Shown: positions 57,732-64,000 of the stretch, in pieces
Numbering within the stretch: the stretch's first letter is position 1
How the letters are laid out: each line of letters starts with the position of its first letter
From: an uncultured Thermodesulfobacteriota bacterium
GTDB taxonomy: Bacteria > Desulfobacterota > GWC2-55-46 > JADFVP01
DNA: 64,000 nucleotides
Reading direction: 5' to 3'
Assembly (NCBI GenBank): GCA_964510775.1
Contig: CAZEBZ010000003.1
Coordinates: forward strand, 424 to 64,423
Translations under genes and position numbers: made by a program
The notes under the pieces: generated by a model
Told to the model about the DNA's origin: nothing
What the model saw: only the letters and a program-made list of their open reading frames with translations
Database searches by the model: none

Positions 57732-58811
57732 CTACTCCTTATCATCGGCGGCGCACCTGAACCCGAAGTTATTATTCGCCGTATTAGGGTCAAAAAATAT
57801 CCTGTTATAACTCGGTGCGCTTATGCCGCATTTATAATAAGTACAATCATACCACGAACCGCCTCTCAATACCTTAAAGCGCTCGCCGTAGTTCTCATCG
57901 GGGTGCTTGTTGCCCGGGTATGGTTTGAACCAGTTATCCACCCACTCCCAGGCGTTACCGGCCATATCAAAGATACCATAAGGGCTTACGCCATCGGGAA
58001 AGCTGCCTACAGGCATGGTATTGCCAAAACCCAACTGTGGGGTATTGGCCTTTTTTCTGGAAAACCTCTCGCCCCATGGAAAGGCCCTGCCGTCAGTTCC
58101 CCTCGCGGCCTTCTCCCACTGATCTTCACTTGGAAGGCGCTTACCCTCCCATCTGCAAAAAGCATTGGCATCGCTCCAACTCACATAAGTAACAGGGTGG
58201 CCCGCCTTTACCAGCGGCGGCCTTCCATTGCTCCATGTGCGAGGCTGAGCATGACCTGTAGCCCGGACAAAAGCGGCATAACGCTCAACAGTTACCTCGT
58301 ACTTATCTATATAAAAACCCTTTACGTATTTTTTATGCTCGGGCTGAACTTTTGGCCACCAGTCATTAGACCCCTTGGTAAAATACCCTTCAGGTACATA
58401 TACCATGCCCTTCCACTTGTCTGTCTTCTTCGAAAGAATCTTCTTGGCCTGCATACTCTTCTTTGGCACTGGAGCGGCAGCCGAGGCAACGAGTTCAGGC
58501 TCTGGCGTACCGGTGTGCTTCCAGGCGTCCTTACCCTCATAATCGCGGTACTTTTTATTAACAGTAATATATCTCTCGCTTAGACCGGGACCGTGGCATG
58601 AGAAGCATGAGGGCTCCCGCGTATAATCAATAGAGTATTTTTTATCTCCATTATGGCATTTTTCACAGCGAGGCTCACCTGTCTCCAGGTCATAATCACC
58701 TGAAGCGGCAGGAAGTGGTGGAAGGGCGAGACTTCTGCCCGCAAAAGAGAGGACAAAGATAAATATCCAAAGACAGCTCATTAATAATGTATATCTTCTT
58801 CTCATATTCAC
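57732..58811 (-). CDS. Dihaem cytochrome c domain fused to an FGE-sulfatase (SUMF1) domain
   Basis: Signal peptide. The two CxxCH motifs are CEKCH and CFSCH. The C-terminal FGE blocks are FTKGSN, VKGFYIDKYEVTVERYAAF, GKRLPSEDQWEKAARGTDGRAFPWG, RGGSW and NNFGFRC. Confidence 0.8.
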   Translation of the reverse strand: MNMRRRYTLLMSCLWIFIFVLSFAGRSLALPPLPAASGDYDLETGEPRCEKCHNGDKKYSIDYTREPSCFSCHGPGLSERYITVNKKYRDYEGKDAWKHTGTPEPELVASAAAPVPKKSMQAKKILSKKTDKWKGMVYVPEGYFTKGSNDWWPKVQPEHKKYVKGFYIDKYEVTVERYAAFVRATGHAQPRTWSNGRPPLVKAGHPVTYVSWSDANAFCRWEGKRLPSEDQWEKAARGTDGRAFPWGERFSRKKANTPQLGFGNTMPVGSFPDGVSPYGIFDMAGNAWEWVDNWFKPYPGNKHPDENYGERFKVLRGGSWYDCTYYKCGISAPSYNRIFFDPNTANNNFGFRCAADDKE

Positions 58812-59335
58812 ATTTTACCTGTTTTTCTTAACTCGGCGGCCTCAAGCTCGCGGCCTCGCCTCTGGAGCTCTCTTACGTATGCCAAGACATTCCATATATC
58901 TTCGTCGCTAAGTATATGCCCCCACATGGGCATTACCATGGCCTCGCCGCCTATCTTCCTCTTTACGCCATCACGAATGGACTTAAAGAGCTTTTTGTCT
59001 GACTTTAACATCCGCTTTTTGTCATGGACAAAGTCGGCGGGATGCGGCGTAATAGCCGTACCAACAGGGCCGTCTCCATAACCCTTTGTTCCGTGACAAT
59101 AATGGCAGTGTCTCTCATAGATAAGCTTACCAGCGGCCGCGTCGCCGCGGCCCCCTGTTTTAGCCTCCAAGGCTCCATTGACAGCGCCAAAGGCATCGGG
59201 CTGCCAGGGAGGCAAAGCAAAGCAGACTGAGAGAATAAGGGCTAGGGACAGCAAGCCCCACGGCCTTCCCGCACTCCTTATCTTACAGCCCATCTTGCAA
59301 TGAATACTCTTCATATTCTTCCTTATATGGCTCAA
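58808..59335 (-). CDS. Monohaem class I cytochrome c
   Basis: Signal peptide, then CHYCHGTKGYGDG with a downstream Met ligand region (MVMPMWG). It overlaps its neighbours by 4 nt on both sides. Confidence 0.8.
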   Translation of the reverse strand: MSHIRKNMKSIHCKMGCKIRSAGRPWGLLSLALILSVCFALPPWQPDAFGAVNGALEAKTGGRGDAAAGKLIYERHCHYCHGTKGYGDGPVGTAITPHPADFVHDKKRMLKSDKKLFKSIRDGVKRKIGGEAMVMPMWGHILSDEDIWNVLAYVRELQRRGRELEAAELRKTGKM

Positions 59336-60363
59336 ATTTTTCTGAGATACTCCACCTTGGCTTTTTTACGAAGACCATCTACCCAGGAGTTCGTAAGACG
59401 ATTATATTCCTTTGACTGGAGTTCAGACCTTAACTTCTTCTGATTAAGTTCCGAGAACTTTATCTGTTTCGCAGGGCGTTTACCCTCAAGTCTGAAAAGA
59501 TGCACACCATAGATACTTAAGACCGGCGCTGAGATTTCGCCGACCTTGAGGCTTGAGACTGCGCTCTCAACATCAGGGAGAAGACTTCCCACATGGGCCC
59601 AGCCCATGTCTCCGCCCTTAGAGGCATCAGCGGCCTTGGAATGTTTCTTGGCAATAGCCGCAAAATCAGCTCCATCTTTAATCTTTTTCGAGAGCGCAAG
59701 TATGTCTTTTCTTGCCTTATTCCAGACCCGCTGACTTGCCGAAGGCTCAACCTTTACAAGTATTCCTCTAAGATGAAGTTGAGCGGGCACCATGAACTTA
59801 TTAAGGTTCTTATTATAATACTCTCTCATATATTTTACTGTGACTAAGGCCTCGGCCTCTTTCTTTAACTTCTTTCTCGCCTTCTCACTCTCTCTCTCTA
59901 CTACAAAGGTAAAGTTAATGGCCTTTCTGAGACCTTCTATAGTTAGGTTACTTCTCTTTAGAACCTTCTCCAGAGAATCACCCGGGGCAAGTTTCTTCTT
60001 GAGCGCCTCCAGCCTCTCCTTAAACTCCTTATCCCCAATACCCTTCACATTTTTAGCAACAGCATCATTATAAATTATTATGTTAGTGATAAGCTTCTCA
60101 AGGGTCTCTTTACGAATAGCCTTGTACCGCCTGTCAGTTACACTAGTATGAAAACTCTGCATTGGAAGGACGTTATTAACGGCGATACGGAGATTTTCCT
60201 CTGTAATATCCTCGCCGTCTACACGCGCCACGGCATCCTTCTCTGAGCGTATAAGAGGCAAGTCACCGGTCTTACCCTCGGCAAATATAACCGAGGCGCT
60301 CATAAGCAAGAACACAAGTAGCGCCGAGGCAGTAAGAACAGGCCGTTTTAGTGATATTGTCAT
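59332..60363 (-). CDS. Periplasmic peptidyl-prolyl cis-trans isomerase, SurA/PpiD-like (parvulin domain)
   Basis: Signal peptide, SurA-like N-terminal chaperone region, and a parvulin core (LRGILVKV ... GGDMGWAHVGSLLPDVESAVSSLKVGEISAPVLSIYGVHLFRLEG). Confidence 0.8.
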   Translation of the reverse strand: MTISLKRPVLTASALLVFLLMSASVIFAEGKTGDLPLIRSEKDAVARVDGEDITEENLRIAVNNVLPMQSFHTSVTDRRYKAIRKETLEKLITNIIIYNDAVAKNVKGIGDKEFKERLEALKKKLAPGDSLEKVLKRSNLTIEGLRKAINFTFVVERESEKARKKLKKEAEALVTVKYMREYYNKNLNKFMVPAQLHLRGILVKVEPSASQRVWNKARKDILALSKKIKDGADFAAIAKKHSKAADASKGGDMGWAHVGSLLPDVESAVSSLKVGEISAPVLSIYGVHLFRLEGKRPAKQIKFSELNQKKLRSELQSKEYNRLTNSWVDGLRKKAKVEYLRKI

Positions 60364-60554
60364 CTATTTTTCCTCCCTTTGAATTGCATATTTTGTTTGC
60401 TGCGTAGAGACTGCAGACCTAATTGTACAGTACTATTTTATGAATGTTAAATAAAATAAGTGTTATATGAGAATTAAAAATTTTTAACGGGAAAAACGCG
60501 GAGTTATGCATTGATGGTAAATATTAGATAAAGACATTTAAAGAGGCTTATAAT

Positions 60555-60592
60555 AAAAAAAAGAGGGCCGTAAAAGCGGCCCTCTTTTTTGT
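60555..60592 (-). terminator. Rho-independent terminator hairpin (AGAGGGCCG-TAAAAG-CGGCCCTCT) flanked by A and T tracts
   Basis: A perfect 9-bp stem with T5 downstream and A8 upstream, placed 19 bp beyond the stop of the tetrahaem cytochrome gene. It could function bidirectionally. Confidence 0.7.
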
Positions 60593-60610
60593 CTTAAGTG
60601 TTGATGCAAC

Positions 60611-61618
60611 TTACTTATCGTGGCAAGTTCTGCAGACTCCGGAACCTGTGTTGCCGCCGACTCTTCTGAGGAAGAGACCGTCACTCTGGCCTACACCGGT
60701 AAGGAAGGTTGCACCAGCAGTATCATGCTTATAGTCAGGATAGCTTCTGTTGCTGAAGTGCGGGTCATGACAGCTTACGCACTCAACCTTGCTGTTTCTG
60801 AGGAGATCGGAAATGGTACCAGTGGAGCTAATCTTACCATTTACGTCCCACCTGTTCTGTTGCATCCAACCAAAGAGGGTTGTATCAGCGAGGCTTGCAG
60901 AGCTAAGACCGGAAGAGAGGTCGATATCTGCGATTGTTGTGCCTGGAGCCCTCAAGGATGCAAGACCGGCGGTCTGGCTTGTTACGTAGTTTACGCCTAT
61001 TGGATGGTCGTTGGAGAGATCCTGACCGATATCAACCCTTGTTCCAAAGAGAGTGTTGACATGGAGGCCTGTACCAAGAGGAGCACCCTCATCAAAGAGT
61101 GTCCAGCCCTGTGACGCACCACCAGCAGTAACGCCGCCGTTACCAGGAGCGTTTACGAGGTTATCAAGGGTTGTAACACCATCATGACAGCTGAGGCAGG
61201 CGAATGTCGTACCGCTCACATCTGAGGCGGCGATTGTGGTACCACCAAGCGTGGTGCCGTAAGGTGTAAGGTTGGCGCTTGTTGTAGAGAGACCTCTGTT
61301 CCAGAGCGGACCAGCGTTAGTGGCCTCAGTGTGGTGAGGTGTATGACAGAATACACATATCTGTGTAGTACCTGTCACACGGCCGAAGGTTGCGCTGGCG
61401 GTGTCCTGGTCCATCGTTGTAAGGTGGGAACCAAAGGCGCCGAGGTTATGCCTTGACTGTACAACACCGTTGGCGGTATCACCTACGGCGTAACCGGTTC
61501 CGCTAACATCCGCTGATGTTGGTGTAGCTACGGCCATGGTACCTGTAGCGGCGTTGGAGGTGCCTGCATAAAAGAGGCCCATTGTTGCGACTATGGCGAC
61601 GGCTAAAAATCTTTTCAT
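60611..61618 (-). CDS. Tetrahaem c-type cytochrome, Gly/Thr-rich, secreted
   Basis: Signal peptide MKRFLAVAIVATMGLFYAGTSNA. The four CxxCH motifs are CVFCHTPHH, CLSCHDG, CVSCHDPHF and CRTCHDK. The composition is low-complexity and G/T/S-rich. Confidence 0.8.
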   Translation of the reverse strand: MKRFLAVAIVATMGLFYAGTSNAATGTMAVATPTSADVSGTGYAVGDTANGVVQSRHNLGAFGSHLTTMDQDTASATFGRVTGTTQICVFCHTPHHTEATNAGPLWNRGLSTTSANLTPYGTTLGGTTIAASDVSGTTFACLSCHDGVTTLDNLVNAPGNGGVTAGGASQGWTLFDEGAPLGTGLHVNTLFGTRVDIGQDLSNDHPIGVNYVTSQTAGLASLRAPGTTIADIDLSSGLSSASLADTTLFGWMQQNRWDVNGKISSTGTISDLLRNSKVECVSCHDPHFSNRSYPDYKHDTAGATFLTGVGQSDGLFLRRVGGNTGSGVCRTCHDK

Positions 61619-61839
61619 GTCTTGCTCCTTTTCATTTTCAGTTGTCTATAGTTGATACGTTGGAGAGAAGATTTTTTTACACAAAAAAAACCTTCGACAA
61701 CTGCCCTGCATATCCGGGCAGTATCAAGGCATCCATCGCCTCTGGTTGTAACGGAACCCGCCATGAGCCCCTAAACCATTCTAACTTTAACCTTATTATA
61801 CAGCAAAATTAAGAGGTGTCAAGGAAAAAATTAATGTTT

Positions 61840-61880
61840 TTTTAATAAAAACCTGACCGCATTACAATGCGGTTTTTACT
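61840..61880 (-). terminator. Candidate terminator hairpin (ACCGCAT-TACA-ATGCGGT) with flanking T tracts
   Basis: A 7-bp stem at 61856-61873 immediately after the NHL gene stop, with TTTTT on both strands nearby. Confidence 0.4.
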
Positions 61881-62943
61881 TCTTTCCCTTGGCCTTCTCG
61901 CCCTCTCCCGTGCCGGCGGCGGCCTCGCGCGCCTTATGCTTCTCGCCTAAAAACTCATAGACGTTTACACGTTCATTCCAGGAATCAACTACGTATATAT
62001 AGTCATCTTTATCAACAGCTATGCCAGTTGGCAGGATCATATGCCCTCTATCGTTGCCGTAGCCGCCAAAAGCCATTAGAATAGCCCCCTCTTCATCGAA
62101 TATCTGTACATTATTAAAGGCCGCGTCAACGACATAGACATGGCCCTCGCTGTCAATGGCCACGCCCTTGGGACGGGCAAACTCACCGGGCAGATCACCG
62201 AACTTACCATAACCGTAAAGAAACCGACCCTTCACATCAAAGACTTCCACACGCGCGTTCATGGTGTCAACGACATAAATATTACCTTTTTTGTCAACAG
62301 TAATATTAGAGGGAAAATTAAAACTGCCCTCTTCTCTACCTCTGTAGCCTATGGTCTGAAGATATTTAAGGGTCTCAAGGTCAAAGACCTGTACGTTGTG
62401 CAGGTGAGTATCCACGACGTAGAACCTGTTGTTGGCGCTATCCACGGCCATGCCCGTTGGCTGCTTAAAGGGTGTCTCAGGGGTGAGATACCTCATGAGC
62501 CTGCCTTTTGTATCAAGGACAGCCACCTGATCCGTCCTCGTATCAGAGACAAAGGTGCGTCCCTTGTCATCTATCGTTACCCCTATGGGCTTATGAAATA
62601 TCTTCGTCCCAAGGGCGCTCAATGAAGAAAACTTGTTATTTGGCAGATCAAAGATAAAGACATCACCGCGGCCAGTATCAGTGACAAAGACCCTTCCGTC
62701 TTTATCAACGCTTATGCCGTTGGGCTTTCTCATATTAATAGATGTATTGGCTCCGATAAGGGCGCCTGCGATGGCCGATGAACCCGTAAGATCCGATTTT
62801 CCGTGAAATGACCTAACAAACTTTATCCTCGGCGGGTTCGGCTTTGCCGGCCATACGAGGTCAGGCAGTTCCTTTGGCGGGGCGCAGCTTATAAGGAGTA
62901 ACGGTACGGCAAACAGAAGTATAGCCTTAAGTGTCCTGGTCAT
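61876..62943 (-). CDS. NHL-repeat six-bladed beta-propeller lipoprotein
   Basis: Lipobox LLISCAPP. It has repeated NHL-type blades (GVTIDDKGRTFVSDT, GMAVDSANNRFYVVDT, ITVDKKGNIYVVDT, GVAIDSEGHVYVVDA, GIAVDKDDYIYVVDS). Confidence 0.8.
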   Translation of the reverse strand: MTRTLKAILLFAVPLLLISCAPPKELPDLVWPAKPNPPRIKFVRSFHGKSDLTGSSAIAGALIGANTSINMRKPNGISVDKDGRVFVTDTGRGDVFIFDLPNNKFSSLSALGTKIFHKPIGVTIDDKGRTFVSDTRTDQVAVLDTKGRLMRYLTPETPFKQPTGMAVDSANNRFYVVDTHLHNVQVFDLETLKYLQTIGYRGREEGSFNFPSNITVDKKGNIYVVDTMNARVEVFDVKGRFLYGYGKFGDLPGEFARPKGVAIDSEGHVYVVDAAFNNVQIFDEEGAILMAFGGYGNDRGHMILPTGIAVDKDDYIYVVDSWNERVNVYEFLGEKHKAREAAAGTGEGEKAKGKK

Positions 62944-63172
62944 ATTCTTTCTTCTCCGATGAGGATAAATAATTCAGTTCATCTCAGAACCGTTTTTTTC
63001 TTATTTACAAAGTGGTATTAGAGAGGCCTCAAAAGCCTGTCACATCAAAAACCAGCCTGAATTCTACTACGAGGCAATTATTTAGTCAAGTGCGTCAATA
63101 CAATCACAGGTCACTATATAAAAATCTTATCTTACACAGCTCCAAGGGGTCTCGGCAGGGCGGATAAAAAGA

Positions 63173-63802
63173 CTACTTCCAGCTCTCTTTTTCAAGGGAG
63201 CGGCCTTTTAATATGCTGTGACAGCGAAGGCAATTCGCACGAGGCCAGAATGTAAAGGCTACCTTGCCATGACACCTTCCGCACCACTTGCCCTTCCATA
63301 TCTCATCCATGGTAATAGGATTTGCGCCTGTCTCGGCAAGAAAGATCTTCGGGTGACAGTTGCTGCATTTGAGCCAGTATGTATGTATGGAGTGAGGGAA
63401 GATAACATTAGCCATCAAAGGAACCTTGGCCTCGATAAATATATTCAGGTCAAGAGGCGGTTTTTCCTTGTCCTTTGGGTCAAGCGTGCCCTTTGGATTT
63501 ATAAAACCTCCCATAACAGAGGCCGTCCAGTTAACACGGCCCTCTGTGTCCTTTGGAAGGACATTCAGGGCGGGCGGCTCGCCGGGCAGGGTCTTCATAG
63601 AGGCCCTCTGCACCACACTGCGGTAAAAGCGGTCGTAGTAATCCGTCATGTGTCCGCCGGCCTTCTCTACCTGATCGTCTTTTGTCCCCTCATTAAAAGC
63701 AAGAAGGGACTGCGCCTCTTTGCCGCACCCCGACAACAGCAGGACAGAGACCGCGGCAACGACAAGGAACCATGAGATTTTTTCTCTGGCGAAGACCCTC
63801 AC
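63173..63802 (-). CDS. Trihaem c-type cytochrome lipoprotein
   Basis: Signal/lipobox LLLSGCGKE. The three CxxCH motifs are CSNCHPK, CGRCHGK and CLRCHS. Confidence 0.75.
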   Translation of the reverse strand: MRVFAREKISWFLVVAAVSVLLLSGCGKEAQSLLAFNEGTKDDQVEKAGGHMTDYYDRFYRSVVQRASMKTLPGEPPALNVLPKDTEGRVNWTASVMGGFINPKGTLDPKDKEKPPLDLNIFIEAKVPLMANVIFPHSIHTYWLKCSNCHPKIFLAETGANPITMDEIWKGKWCGRCHGKVAFTFWPRANCLRCHSILKGRSLEKESWK

Positions 63803-64000
63803 AATACTAAAAAAACCCCACTCTTCCCCCCTGATGAAGCAAAAACCCCACAGAGGATACTATGATACTGCTGATTTCTTCCATATATTTTACAAAAAAT
63901 TACTATAGACAAACCTCTCTTGTCAAGGCCCTTACCCCTCGAAGAGGCAGTCCCAACAAACTCACGTAACAAAAAAAATTTGCAAAAGGATTACAAAAAG

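Noticed and set aside
1-64000. Searches by eye for tRNA/rRNA genes, integrases, transposases, toxin-antitoxin pairs, restriction-modification genes or prophage blocks
   Set aside because: I found no convincing candidates. Intergenic regions lack tRNA-like T-loop or acceptor features, and no recombinase-like ORF is present. Absence is judged by eye only and should be confirmed with tRNAscan-SE or Infernal.

Overview
This 64 kb window is bacterial chromosome with a housekeeping backbone. The many c-type cytochromes, the hemA/siroheme gene arrangement and the codon/GC pattern suggest an anaerobic, Deltaproteobacteria- or Nitrospirota-like lineage, but the lineage is not certain. Confidently recognised genes are hemC (partial), hemA, a ccsA/hemX-like gene, a siroheme-branch precorrin-2 dehydrogenase, uvrB, ileS-lspA, topA-dprA, dtd, valS, nadC-birA-coaX, an EF-G paralog, nfo, trxB and arcC. 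I found no rRNA, tRNA, CRISPR array, integrase or transposase. Six regions deserve a second look. (1) A 913-aa soluble protein at 48532..51273 (- strand) has a central segment carrying the ordered metal-binding motifs of a class III nucleotidyl-cyclase/GGDEF-type palm domain, embedded in roughly 700 aa with no recognisable domains; two PP-loop ATPases (QueC-like and LarE-like) lie next to it. (2) A ten-heme periplasmic/outer-membrane module at 54658..63802 comprises a 670-aa beta-barrel outer-membrane protein, two FGE-sulfatase (SUMF1) domain proteins (one fused to a dihaem cytochrome c), a monohaem cytochrome c, a SurA-like PPIase, a tetrahaem cytochrome, an NHL-propeller lipoprotein and a trihaem cytochrome. 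(3) A single polypeptide at 23999..25849 fuses a radical-SAM ArsS-like domain to an ArsM-type methyltransferase with all four As-binding cysteines; it sits beside a DUF2249-NifU fusion and a DUF62 SAM hydroxide adenosyltransferase. (4) A CheY-like response regulator ends in eight 48-bp (16-aa) tandem repeats. (5) A response regulator carries a C-terminal PilZ domain. (6) A family of roughly 50-90 bp hairpin-containing repeats (core ATTGGTTTTCTTTG plus the palindrome CTTTCTTTTTTCYAAAAGAAAG) is clustered in three long intergenic regions. Several ORF-track entries are antisense shadows, and I rejected them.
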